Below, one piece after another: positions 41,290 through 54,937 of a DNA stretch of 64,000 bases (position 1 is its first letter; each line of letters begins with the position of its first letter). Under the pieces are notes generated by a model. That model did not search any database and was not told where the DNA came from. It saw nothing but the letters and a program-made list of their open reading frames with translations. A program made the position numbers and the translations under genes. Source of the DNA: Octopus sinensis (Eukaryota). The DNA lies in assembly GCF_006345805.1 (NCBI RefSeq), contig NC_042999.1:136400001-136464000 (forward strand), in the 5' to 3' direction.

Positions 41290-42533
41290 ATAACCACACA
41301 GCATATATCCACAACATCCCTTAGGTAATTCCCCAAGAACCCTACTTAACTTTCCCTTATTTCCATTTTAATTTTTAATCTTTAATTCTTTAACTCCCCT
41401 CTTTTACTTCAAGGATCTTGATAATTTAATACTACATATTTGGACATACAGGCAGATATGTGTGTGTGTGTAAATGTGTGTGCATGTATTTTTATGTGTG
41501 TATGTATGTATATGAATATGGGTACATGTATGTATATATATATATGTACATGTGTGTGTGTTTACATATATACTTGCATATGTATATTCAATTATACATG
41601 AGTGTGTGTATGTGTATATAAGTATACATAAGTACCTGTATACACACGTGCATATGAATATGTGTAAGCATGAGTACACTTGCATGTATGTATGCATATG
41701 CACACATGTATATGTATGTGGGTGCGAGTGTATGTATGTCATTATGCCTTCTTTCCTCCTCTCTGATTCCTACCAATCACACCAACGTATCACAGAAATT
41801 TTGACATTCTTGTATTCTTCCCTCCTCTTTAAATTTTACTACTAAAACTACTACTTACTTTGGTATCACCCCACCCATACCCTTTCTCTACCCATCCCTT
41901 AATACAGCCCTATCATATCACCCCTACCCACATGTCTCACACTAATTCACTCATTACCTTTTTATCCCTTCCTATTCACCCCTCCCCCACTCCTCTCCCA
42001 TCCTTCCCTCACATTATCTTGATCACCAACTAACACTCCTTTTCTCACCTCTGTCGCCCTTTCTTCATTTTCCTTCTTCTCTCTCCCTCTTCTTTTCTCT
42101 CTCTTTTTATTATCATTACTCTTTTATCCTTTTTCTCTTTTCTTCTTTCTCTCATTTTCCCTTCCTCTCTTCATTTTGACCTCTCCTCTCATTCTAATCA
42201 TACACATCTCCCCCCCCCCATCCATCCACAAATACTATCAATACATTCTCAAATTTTCATTCATACCACAAAACCCCTTCGAATGGGCAACACAGAATCC
42301 ACGGCTCCATACTTTGAAATGACTAAACACAAACTACTATTGGAACTTACAGACCATGTACAGGAAACTTTTTTTACCATTTCTATACACCACTTTACTT
42401 GAATAATGGAACTGCAATAACAATATTTTAAGTTATTTCTACTTTCATTCTTTTATTTCCCTCTATTTTCCCTATCTCCTTTTCCATAACGATTTCCTTA
42501 TTTCGAACTCAAACATTTACCTCTCTCACATCA

Positions 42534-42579
42534 TCTCTGATGAAGGGATATCTATAATATCCCAGAAACAGCTGTAAGA
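42534..42579 (+). ncRNA. Minimal type I hammerhead of the Penelope terminus
   Basis: UCU CUGAUGA A GGGAUAU CUAUA AUAUCCC A GAAA CAGCUG UA AGA. Confidence 0.72.
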
Positions 42580-42842
42580 CTATATCTCTTTCCTTATAAA
42601 TGTCCTGAAAACTCCTCACAGCCTTGGCTTTGTCATCTGTTCTTGTCTAATATATATGCAGGCTAATACATGACCCACATTAAACTCCTCCCTCGTATCA
42701 CGATTGAACCAAGAGTTTAACTATGGTCTGTCCTTAGCACTTACTTACCATTACCTACCACTCTTCTAGATACCAATACCTTTTATTTATATATATATAT
42801 AAACATACAAGAGTTAAGGAATGGAGTAGGTAAGATCTGGGT

Positions 42843-42920
42843 TACATATGTTTCATAGAAAGTGGAACCCCAGAAGTGGTAAATAGCCAAGCCAGGTGTA
42901 TACTGCAAGCTACTCATCAG
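42843..42920 (-). ncRNA. Decayed hammerhead-like motif
   Basis: Minus strand: CUGAUGA GUAG [~51 nt] CUAU GAAA CAUAUG UA. The palindromic stem III is present but stem I does not pair. Confidence 0.5.
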
Positions 42921-43385
42921 GTCAAGGGTATCTTGATTAAATGAAAGTTTACATTGTCACAAAGAGGTACATGTTAACACACAGAAATATAAAAAAAAAT
43001 TTTTCCAGCTTATCGTACTTCAATACAGGAAAATCCACAACCTTCTACCTCAATAAATCACTATTGTTTCTGAAAGGTGATTTATATATTTACTATGGAT
43101 TGCTTGAAGCTAACTTTCTTCCAACACCTCAATCCCTGAATCTTACATTAGTATATATATATATATATATATATATGTGAAATAGAAAGATGAATAATCT
43201 TGTTGCAGATTAATCAAAAGTTTAACCGATACCTTGGTAGCAAAAATCACAGCAGAAGACAGCACGGTTGGAGGTACAACCATATGGTGTTGCAACTCTT
43301 GGCCATGGGCTCTTAGGAGCCTCGTTCGATTTGTTTTGCTCCGCCTCTGTTCTGTTTTTGTTTTTTCCAACGGATTTCCTATTTC

Positions 43386-43465
43386 TTCCTGAAGAGAAAG
43401 ACACAATATGGTCTCCTTATTCAATCGGAATTTGGTAAATCGTGCCTTTCGAAACACGTGTAGAA
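43386..43465 (+). ncRNA. Type I hammerhead ribozyme in a ~350-bp (TA)n-flanked element (about 43175-43525)
   Basis: UUC CUGAAGA GAAAGACAC [37 nt] GUGCCUUUC GAAA CACGUG UA GAA. Stem II pairs at 8 of 9 positions; AATAAA follows a few nt downstream. Confidence 0.82.
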
Positions 43466-43522
43466 TGCAATAAAACGATTTCTGTTCAATCTTCATTCAA
43501 CTCCATTTCTTCAATTCACTAA

Positions 43523-43555
<33 letters not shown>

Positions 43556-43619
43556 TGATAAAAATGGTAAGACAACAAAAGAATGAAAGAGACCTTGATA
43601 TTATGTAAATAGAGGAATT

Positions 43620-43858
43620 TATCTGTATATCTAATATGTGACAATTATTTGGTAACTATGATAAAACTCCGAGTTTCGGATGCCGAGGTGGAAATCCATG
43701 TTGCCATATCTTCAGTTATCCGGCCTCTTCAGTTATCATAGCATTTTTTCCGATGGATGGATAACTGAAGAGATGGCGCGTGGATTTCCACCTCGGCATC
43801 CAAAACTCGGAGTTTTATCATGGCTACTGAATAATTGTCACATATTACATATACAGAT
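43620..43858. mobile_element. Palindromic mini-element carrying two oppositely oriented hammerheads (43660-43720 minus; 43760-43819 plus)
   Basis: Minus: GAUAA CUGAAGA UAUG...CAUC C GAAA CUCGGAG UU UUAUC. Plus: GAUAA CUGAAGA GAUG...CAUC C AAAA CUCGGAG UU UUAUC (G12A, a CpG transition). Confidence 0.78.
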
Positions 43859-45108
43859 ATATAAATGTGTGTGTGTGTGTTTGTGCCTCTTTTCCTTCAT
43901 ATTACATGATAGCTGCAAATTAGTGTTCCCATCATAAAAGCAGTGTCATTTGTTTCCAGTCTTCCATGGAAGTATGTGTAGTTGTGGGGAAATATCTTGC
44001 TTGGAAATTAGAGAGAATAGCTGACTGGAAGAGCACGAGGTCATAGAAAAACTGCTTCACCAAATTCCATCTAGCCTATGCAAACAAAAAATTAGGCACT
44101 AAAATGATGATGGTAATGATGACAATGACGACAACGACAATGACGACGATGGCTTGGCAGGAACAGGTACGATCAGGGGCCACACCAGGTTCTATTTTCT
44201 GTTTTGATTTGGTTTCTATGGCTGGATGCTCTTCCTAATGTCAACCACTCCACAGAGTATACTGGGTGCTTTTTACATGGTACCATCACCAATGCTTTCT
44301 ATGTGGCACCTTGGTTTTAAGATTTCAAATCTGTTTTGGTGGGTGGGTCTTTTCAAGTACAGCAATGCACCACATACTCAAGAAGACTGATGTAGTATAT
44401 AGTGTAAACATGTGTAAACATTCAAATATCATCACTATCTTTCCAAAACCTGCTACATTTAACACAGAATTTTGGTCCTCCAAAGTCATCTTGGGGTATA
44501 AGATGACCTACCATTTCTTTTGGCTGTAAATTTCAGTCAGCAAAAATTTGATTTGTATACTGGAAAATACAATATCTTCTAAACTATTTTCAGACCTGAT
44601 TTAAATATGATGTTGATCAACATTAACTTACTAATTTTAGAGTCTTATCTACCTGTTGATATGTGAAGGAGAGTTGGCTATACAGTTATATGCATACTAT
44701 GAAAGGATGATATCTGCTGAGTAAAAAAAAAAATGTTGTAAGTTGAAGTTAATACTGATAACTGAAAACACACAGAGAGTTGAGAATAGAGAACAGAAAC
44801 ATGGAAACAAGTGATGATATCAAATCTGAGAATGTTGTGCTTCATAAATGAAATGACATTAGGATTGTGACAAGCAAAATGTGTTGATTTTTTTTTTTTT
44901 ACTGGTCCATGGTAGAATAGAGAAGCAGACACTTTAATGACAAAGATAGCGAATTAGTATTATCCATCATTATATTATCTCTGTCATCATCCCCCAACTC
45001 TGCCTGTATTGTTAATGCTGTTATCACCACCCAACTCTGCAAACATTGTGTACTGAGTGGAAACGAAGCCTATCTAGATCACATTATATTTGTCACAATC
45101 AATTACAG

Positions 45109-45174
45109 GATGATAGAAGATACAGTCTGGTTCCAGGCTAGAGAACATCATGACATATTTTGTATTTTGGTTCA
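45109..45174 (+). other. Weak candidate 66-nt internal exon
   Basis: ttacag|G...TTCA|gtaagt; one frame reads MIEDTVWFQAREHHDIFCILV. No protein recognised and no partner exons found. Confidence 0.2.
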
Positions 45175-45305
45175 GTAAGTCACTTCTAGATGTTTGGTTG
45201 ACTAACTCTGTATAAAAGCATTTGTTACACACCACCAACATGAGCAACACCAGTACCATTGGCCACATTACAATGAACAACAACAGCAGCAGCAGCACCA
45301 CCACC

Positions 45306-45345
<40 letters not shown>

Positions 45346-48300
45346 CCCTCACAATCACCAGATTAACAACAATTTACTGTTATTCAGTTATTATTTTCAA
45401 ACAATACTTCAAATAACATTCCAAACTTACCAGAAATTGAAATGGCTCTGCATATGTATTACATTACATAGGTGATCAATGCAAGTTTCAAAAATAAATT
45501 CTTATAGCTTTAAATGTAATACTTCCTCTAAATCTGAGATCCCATTATTCCCCGATGGAACATGTCCAGAAGTTGGAAAATTTTTTCTTGTTTAATAAAT
45601 AACATGACAATTAGAAGAAAACTTTAAAGAATTCACTTCTAGTATTGATTTCTCACTTTAACACAAAGACTTGAGCACAAGGACATACATTAAAAGAAGA
45701 GAATGAGATTAGTTGATGCCCCAGTATTTCTGATGTGGGAAATATGTCAAAGGCAGGAGATATTAAACATAAATATGTACATTAATTATTTATTTATTTA
45801 ATGCTTTCAACATCTTCAAGTAATAATATGAGATCAGTATTTCATAAATTTTAGTTTTTTTATGACTAAAAACAACAGCAATTCAATATACAATTTTTGT
45901 TTTGAACTAAAGTGTGTTTAACAGACTAGAAGATAAAAAGTATGTAAGCTGTATTATTATCATTATCATACACTGTTTTCCCAACACTTACATTGCCATG
46001 AAGATAATATAGATTCTGATGGGCACATGAAAGCTGCTTTTTTGTTGCTGTTATTGTTGTTTTGTTATTTCAGTTATAAGAATAACACTTAGGAGTTCTT
46101 GAAACCCTTCTGCCAGTTTTAGCCCTTTTCACAGACCTTTTAACCCAACTCTTTGCATTATCTGTTTATACACTACAATTTGCTGTAATTTTGTGATTAA
46201 AATAAATGAATTGAAATTGCATTTACATTTTGATGGCACAGCTTTCACTGAGTTCCACTGTCTTAGTCTCACTTATAATATTCAAATATTATAATATATT
46301 TTAAACACTATCACTCTTTCCTCCAAGCTTCCTTCGAAACATCAAGAAAAGTTTCAGTGTAGAAGTCTAGCAATCTTAGTACTGTTTTCTCAGTCTTCTG
46401 AAAATTTTATTTTTCTGAAAAGTAAACTAGAAAAGAAAAGATAGTGCTCATGACTTTTCCAGCTCCCACTCCGACATTAGTGAGACTCATATTGCTCACG
46501 CCCAACCTTAATGTTTGCAGACCAATGTCCACAAGAAAAACATAAGCATAATACATGCAACAGAATGAATTTCAATAAAGAACCAAGCAAGTTAAATGTA
46601 CCACCTTCATTGCAGTTCTCTGAAGAACAGCTGCTTTGGATTCCTGAAATTACTTAACAATATGGTATTGTAAAACATTTTGATTGGCATATTTTAATGA
46701 TATTATCGATGAAACAACACTGCTTGCACAAGTTGGCATGAATGTCTCAAAATAGTTGTTTAAAGATATAGCAGTAAAATCTCCAAATCATACCCTTAAA
46801 AAAACACCTCTTGGATAATGTAGTCTATGGTAAGCTATGCATGAAAAACAGGATAGGGTGGCCATGGTTGAAATTTTTATGATCATAGGTTTGTTCAAAC
46901 ATGATCTGCATAGCTAAAGTAACTGCTTCTTTGAGTCAGGTTCTAGGAGAGCATCTCAAGCAATGACTGCAGCATCTTGACCACCAAATTGCTGTTTTAT
47001 CAAGTCATCTGAAGCATGTGCTTGGACTGTAGCTGTAGCACAGCTGAATAGTTAGGAAGTTTGATCTGAAATCATAAAGCCTTGGGTTTGAGCTCACCGA
47101 GTGGTATCTTGGGCAAGTAGCTTTTACCGTAACCTCAGGTCAATTCAAGACTTCTGAGTGAAATTGTGCTGGCAGAAATTGTATGGAAGCTAACCAGAGG
47201 GATTATGCCTATAATTTTTAGGTCCAAGCTTGTCACACACTGTGTAATATTCATTCTACCTGAGAATTGCATGAAAGATAGACGTGTCTGTAAAATACTT
47301 AACCATTTTCATGTTGATTCAATGAGTTGGTAGTTGAACTGATCAAACAACTAAACATCATCATCAAAATTGTGGAGAACCTTTAACTTTATAATTGAAG
47401 AACCAGAAGCCATTACATCTGCAGACTGGAGACTTTTTGATAACATTAACTTTACAAAAATATCATGCTCATATCCTGTATAAACACACACAAAATTACA
47501 AAATCACAAAATCTCAAAATTACAGATTTTGCTTACTACTGAGTACATATAGAAAGTTTGATGATATGAATACTTGAGAGACATGAAAAAATAAACCTTT
47601 TCATGTTAAGTAATATATATTCCTATGGTATATGCTTTTGCTGTTTCTACAGCATAAAAAGAAGTGGTTGGTATTTATAGTGCAATAGAGTTTACTTTGT
47701 AGTGTAATAAATGTTTACCAGTAGCAAAACTTAAAAGTAATCTAACACAAATTTGAAGAATTCAAACTATTTATGTCTCAGAAATTGTATGCTGTTTACA
47801 TGATTACTTCAAGTGGAATAAGTCAGCTTTGGATATCAACTGATAGCTGATAGTTACCAGGAAAATATGTTCCTGAAACTTATATCATATTCTATTTAGC
47901 TGATTTTATTGATTATCTTTGGTGACTTTTTAGATCAAGCTGCTGGCTAGAATTGCTCAGCTTTAAAAATATTCAATAGAATCAATGATTTTTGGTTTTT
48001 GGTATTCACTATTATTCCATATCCTTATTCACTTTTTTTTTTGTCCCCTTCCCCGCTTCTTTCCTGCTTCTTTTATCTCCTATCTTCTTTAATCCTCTAT
48101 TTGGTTTCTTGACCTTTTCTGCCCCGTCTGATCACCTTCTATTCCTTCTTTATTACTCTCTTCCTTCATCTAATTTAATTGGCCACACTCTATCTCCTGT
48201 CGGTCTCTTTCACTTCTTATCTTCATCACTATCATCATTGTCGCTACCACCACCACTGGTAGCGTTAGCAATATATTATCATCAACAATATCAATATATC

Positions 48301-48863
48301 ATTTTAGCCATTGTCCTTGTAATCCCCACCATCATCCCTATCATCATCATCATTGCCATTATCACTGCCATCATCATCATCATCATCATTTCCATCATCA
48401 TTATCACTACCATCTCTGCCACTGCCACTGCCGCCACCACCACCTACACTTCCACTGCAACCATTACTGCTGCCACTTCATCCGCTACCGCCACAATCAC
48501 CATCTTCTTCTTCTTCTTCTTCTTCTTCCTCTTCCTCCTCCTCCCCTCCTCCTTCACCACTACCATCATCATCATTTTCCCCCAATCGTCACCAGCTTCA
48601 GCTTTATCATCAGCATAACTTCTAACTACCCCCATTTATTTTCTACATAGGCACCAAAGCCCTAAATTTATTGAGAAAGGATTAAAGTAAATGAAATGTA
48701 TCACTAATTACTGGTACTTAATATATCAACACTGGAAGAATGAAAAACAAAGCCAACTTCAATGTGATTTGGATTTGGATTCAGAACATAAAGCAGTATA
48801 ACTAGGTATTTTGAGGCATTTGAGGAGAGTTCTATTGAAATAATAATAATGATAATAATAATG

Positions 48864-48910
<47 letters not shown>

Positions 48911-48914
48911 CTTT

Positions 48915-49280
48915 TCTACTATACACACAATGCCTGGAATTTGGGGTAGGGGGACAGTCAATTATATTGACCACAGTACTCGACTGGTACTTAATTTATC
49001 AATCCTGAAAGGATGAAAGGCAAAGGTAACCTCAATGGAATAATAATAATAAGGATAATAATAATCCTTTCTACTATAGGCACAAGTCCTGAAATTTGGG
49101 GGAGGGGACTAGTCAATTACATCGACCCCAGTGTTCAACTGGTACTTATTTTATTATTTTACCGACCCTGAAAGGCAAAGTCAACTTTGGCAGAATTTGA
49201 ACTCAGAATGTAAAGACGGATGAAATGCCACTAAACATTTTGCCCGGTATGCTAACAATTCTGCCAGCTCGCCACCTTAA
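48915..49280 (-). mobile_element. Two adjacent SINE family D copies separated by (AAT)n
   Basis: Match 5128-5317; the second copy ends ...ctgccagctcgccaccttaa followed by (AAT)n. Confidence 0.82.
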
Positions 49281-49305
49281 TAATAAAAATAATGATGATA
49301 ATAAA

Positions 49306-49384
<79 letters not shown>

Positions 49385-49958
49385 TAATAATAATAATGAT
49401 AGTAATACCAAGCATTGGCTCTCGTGGCTTTTGATCTTAACTGATTGAAAGTGTTGTCATGTACATGTTTTGTCTTGCTATAAAAGATGGGCTACAGCAA
49501 ATATTCTGCTCAGTACCACAGATTTGCTTGTCAGTTGTTTGACCATAACCAGTTGAGCATGTCCCTTGATGGCTGACAATATGTGCATCTCTGATCATGA
49601 GCAGGAGTAGTGGATGAGTATCATAACTATGTGTTGAGAGGGATTCTTTGAGGTTTGGATAATTCACATCTGATAAGATGAGTATTTCATTCAACATCCC
49701 TAAACAACTTTTATTCAGGGACCATTTGAGTGGAATGGACTACTTGACATGAAGAAAATTGTAACTGGGCCCCACCTACAAAGTCATGCGCTGTTTATCT
49801 TGAAATGAGATCATCATGTCATGCACATATGGTTGTGATGCATGTGTCTAGTGTACAATTATTAGACGGATAGTTATGATGGGTATACTGGGCTTCGTAT
49901 ATTTTACCCCAGTGTCACTTTGATGGCATGCACTGCTATCTCACTCAACAACAACAAC

Positions 49959-50021
<63 letters not shown>

Positions 50022-50237
50022 CATCTTACCAATGCTAGCATGGAAAATGGATGCTAAATAATGATAATGATGATGTACACACACACACACATACACACAC
50101 ACACACATACACATTGGAAAACATAGCACACACCCAAGGTTACACAGCTATATTTGACTTTTAACAGTGAATGCATGCAATAAAAGAAAGATAATAAAAA
50201 TGGTGATGACAATGATGGTTATGACAGTGGTGGTGGG

Positions 50238-50269
<32 letters not shown>

Positions 50270-50994
50270 CTGTCTGGAAATAGAGACATCTATAATGTAG
50301 GGATTGAAAACGACCAACACCCATTATAATTAGGTGCCTTGAGAATGATGAAACGAGAGAGATTCTGATGTATTTTTCAGAATAATGTACATCTGAAAAC
50401 AGACAAATTAGTATTTTGAAATATATATTTATAAATTTATGAGGTAACTGTACACTCTTAACAACAACAAACAACACTATATTCTTTTTACTTTCCCAAC
50501 AGGTATCTTCAATTATATTTAATATACAACTAACATTTTAAAAAATGGCATTGCAACTATGACATGTCATAAACATATGAACAGACAAACATTAAGTTTA
50601 TAACATTATGTTGTCTTCTCTTATCTGTTGGTCATGTGATATATATATTTTTGTATTTTAGATATGTGAGACATTTGGTCTTGTGACATAATGTATCAGC
50701 CATTTGTTACATTTAGTCATGTAATAACACATGTATGTCAATTGTCCATTATATCTTTGCTCTATAAAAGATTGATGTGTCATCTGCTTTTTACATTTGG
50801 CCATGTAATTCAGTGTGCCACCCCTTCTGTGTGCTACCATGGCACCTCTACGCAGACACACACACACACACACACCTTCATACACACATACACACACACA
50901 ACCCCCTTCATACACATATACACACATAGCCATTTCACACAAACACATATCCAATATAATTTCTTTCTAATTTTGACACAAGACAAGCAATTTT

Positions 50995-52080
50995 GAGGGA
51001 AAGCAGAAAGTTAATTACATCAGCCCCAATTCTACAGACCCTAACAGATGAAAGCAAAAGTTGGCCTAGGTTGTATTTGAACTAATAATGTGAAGAGCCA
51101 GAAGAAATACTTGAAAGCATTTTGTCCAGTATACTGAGGATTCTGCCAGCCCGCTGCCAATATTCAATATCCAATAAGGTGGTGAGCTAGCAGAAGCATT
51201 TACACTTCAGACAAAAGGCTCAGCAGCATTTCATCTACCTTCATGTTTTGAGTTCAAATTCCACCAAGGTTGACTTTGCTTTTCATCCTTTTGGAGTTGA
51301 TTAAATAAGGACCAGTTGAACATTGAGATCAATGTAATCAACTTAGCCTTTCCCCAAAATTGCTGGACTTGCACCAAAATTTGAAACAAATATCTAATAT
51401 CCATTATTATTAACTAGTGTATTGTCAATCAATCAAAGATGACTCATTAGCAGAGCCATCTTAGCAGCCTTATAGGCCCCCGAGCAAATCAATACACTGG
51501 GTCCTTATAGTATTTATTCATTGACAACAAGCCACCTACATACTTAGATTAGAATTGGGCCCCTAAACTCATGAGGCTCTTGTGTGCCCATGCCTTAAGA
51601 TAGCATCGCTCATTAGCTTGCTATATGTTTTCTATAATTACTTTAAATTCATTTGTTTTTACATTTTGAGTTCTGATGCTGCTGGGGTCGACTTTGCCTT
51701 TCATACTTTCAGGATCAATAAATTAAGTATCAGAAGAGCAATGGGGTCATTTCAATTGATTTGATGCCTCTTCTGAAATTGCTGGCTATGTGCCAAAAAT
51801 TTGAAACTGATAATTGCTTTAGATATTTGATACTCATGGTAGTTGCAAGTAGATATAGACACCTTTTCAACTCCCCAATTATTGACCCAACAAAATATCC
51901 AAGATGTGAGGGATAGAGGGCTGCACCAATACTGGACTAGTACTTCATTTATTACTCCTGAAAGGTAAATTTGACCTTGATGGGATTTGAACCCAGAGCG
52001 CAAGAGCAGAGACAGCAAGAACAAGTATGGCAATGTAGTTTTATCTGGTGCTCTAATGACTTTACTAATCAACCACCTTA
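50995..52080. mobile_element. Cluster of four decayed SINE family D copies in alternating orientation
   Basis: Approximately 50995-51160 (-), 51175-51392 (+), 51660-51815 (+) and 51870-52080 (-). Confidence 0.72.
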
Positions 52081-52676
52081 TTCAGTATTATAATATATCA
52101 CAAGCACAAGACTATATTGATGGTGAAATTAAGGTGTATATTTTAGGTCTTAGTCTAATTGTCTGATTATTGGTAGTTCAAAATCTCACATCAATATCTC
52201 TCATGTTAATATGAAGACACATCAACAGTCATCATCATCACCACCACCAACATCACCTCTATTTTTCTCCTTCTCCTCCTCCACTGCCTCCCCCTCCTCC
52301 TCTTCCTCCCCCTCCTCATCATAACTTCTGCCACCACCACCACAGCATTCCTGCCACTATTACCACAATCACCACCATCACCATTTTCTCTTCTTTCATC
52401 TTGAACATCAACAAACTTAATGTATATACTTCATTCCTGCCCTGGCAGACACATATCAACGAAGCTGTATTTACCATCCAAAGTGTCTCCAAAGACTAGT
52501 GTTTAACTCCCCAGATCTCTAGTGTTAATCAGATGAGAAATAAATACATTTCCAACTCCACAACACATAATATTATTTCTCTCCACTCATTACCAACAAT
52601 CTAGTCAGACATTATTATTATTGCTATCACTTGTTCAAGTACACTATCATAATGGTCATTATGTACATAAAAGTTG

Positions 52677-52712
<36 letters not shown>

Positions 52713-52834
52713 TTATGATTGTGTAAAAGTACATCTGTATAAGTTTGTGTATACATACATATTTTCACGCATATTGCAGATATGTGTGTGTGTGTGTGCG
52801 TGTATACCTGTCTCTTGCTCACTCACTCTCTGTC

Positions 52835-52869
<35 letters not shown>

Positions 52870-52997
52870 CTCTGTCTCTCTCTCTCTCTCTCTCTAAATA
52901 TATATATATATTCATATACATAATTATACATATACAAATATAATATACAAATTATACATATACAAATATATTTGTATATGTATAATTATATATATAA

Positions 52998-53029
<32 letters not shown>

Positions 53030-53049
53030 AATTATACATATACAAATAT

Positions 53050-53098
<49 letters not shown>

Positions 53099-53293
53099 CA
53101 TATACATATATACATATACATATACAGACAATAGGTGAGAGCTAGATATGTTCAGTATAGAAAATACATAGTAGTGTTCAAACGATTTGAACTTAAACAC
53201 CAATGTATATATATATATATATCTGTCCATCTGTCAATGAATATGTATGTGTGTGTATGTGTACAAATATAGTGTCATTGTAAGTTAAACATA

Positions 53294-54937
53294 CAGTTGC
53301 GGCCAACATGTTCAGAACGGCATTGTTTTCGTCAGAAAAGTAGGTATAAGTTTTTATTAAAGTCGTTTTATATTCTATAAAACCGACAATAAATACAATA
53401 TTCATTGTTATTGTCTGAGATTTTGGTGTAATTTGAGAGGATAATACAAAAGTTATGAATGATTTAGTGATTTACTGCAAAACCCATGGCGGCCAAAATG
53501 ATCAGAACGGTTGCTTTTACTCCGTGTTTTAGTATAATTTAACAGGCGAACTCTAATGTTTTGAATTTGTTTACGTGACGGTTCATTTACTAAACATTAG
53601 TAAGAATATCTGCAGTGTACTTTGTTAATATAATGCCACTTACTCCATAACCAATTCGTCAGCAGATCATTAAGCTTCGAAAGAAGGATAATTTAAGTAT
53701 TGGGTCTATTTGCAAAGATTGTTAACAAGTCAAAAAGTGTTGTTCACGGTATTCTTAAGGTCTACCATGATTGTGGTTCGTATGAAGCAAGACAGTCTAC
53801 AGGTAGGCCAAGAAAAACGACCAAGAGAGAAGATCGTGCTATGGTAAAGTTGGTTAAAAAGGACAGATTTAAAACTGCTGCTGCTGTTTCTCGGGAAATG
53901 AGCATTGTACTGAAGAAAACTATCTCAAAAAACTGTGTCTTGTCGTTTAGTTGAACATGACCTACAAGCAAGAGCACCTGCAGTGAAGCCACTGATCAGC
54001 TCCAAGAATAAAAAGTGTCGTCTTACCTTTGCAACCGAACATGTGTTGTGGTTTCAAGAAAAATGGCAAACGGTGCATTTCAGTGATGAATCTAAGTTTA
54101 TATTATTTGGCTCAGATAGGAAAAGGTACGTTCAAAGGTACGTCAAAGGTACGTCAAAAAGGAGGTGAAAAATTGTCACCTAAATGCCTTAAGACTAGTG
54201 TCAAATTCGGTGGAGGAAGTGTCATGGTTTGGGGAATGATATCTGGAGATGGTGTGGGCCCTTTGGTGCGATTACATGGAAAGGTAAATGCAGGAGTTTC
54301 TAAACAACTTGTAAAAAATCATGTCTTGCCTGTGCTGAGAAATTCAACTAAGCGACCACCCATATTCATGCAGGACAATGCCCCATGTCACGAGGCTAAG
54401 GTGGTCATGAACTTCCTCAAAGCTGAAAAGGTTATTGTTATGGATTGGCCTGCTCAAAGCCCAGATCTCAATCCTATTTAAAATGTGTAGAATATTCTAG
54501 GAGAACGTTCGCAAGCCAGAAATCCTAAAACAACTGAGCAATTATGGAATGCCCTTCAGGAAGAATGGAATAAGATCACCCAGCAAGAAATTGAAAATTC
54601 AATTTCCTCATACAGTTGAAGATGTCAAAGTGTGATTAAGGCTAAAGGGCATCACACTAAATATTAAATAATTCCAGTATTCTCTGTCATTTTTGATTAT
54701 TTTATTATTTTTTCAACCGTTCTGATCATTTTGGCCACCATGGGTTTTGCAGTAAATCACTAAATCATCCATAACTTTTGTATTATCCTCTCAAATTATA
54801 CCAAAACGTCAGTCAATAATAATTAATATCGTATTTATTGTCTGTGAAAGTTATAGAATATAAAACAACTTTAATAAAAACTTATACTTACTTTTCTGAC
54901 GAAAACAATGCCGTTCTGAACATGTTGGCCGCAACTG
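53294..54937 (+). mobile_element. Full-length Tc1 (DD34E) transposon, 1644 bp, ~220-bp TIRs, TA TSD, inactivated transposase
   Basis: TA|CAGTTGCGGCCAACATG...CATGTTGGCCGCAACTG|TA, with TIRs at 53294-53513 and 54714-54937. Motifs HFSDESK and QDNAPCH...PDLNPI* show 34 residues between D and the E codon, which is now TAA. Frameshifts are present. Confidence 0.96.

Larger units (their letters stand above)
40810..42650 (+). mobile_element. 5'-truncated Penelope-like element: inverted terminal segment, GIY-YIG remnant, long 3' region, HHR
   Basis: 40810-40856 is the reverse complement of about 42502-42549. The GIY-YIG remnant lies at 40892-41289 and the hammerhead at 42534-42579. Confidence 0.8.

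Noticed and set aside
47992-48625. 208-aa hydrophobic/low-complexity ORF
   Set aside because: Built from (ATC)n, (ACC)n and (TTC)n tracts; no domain.
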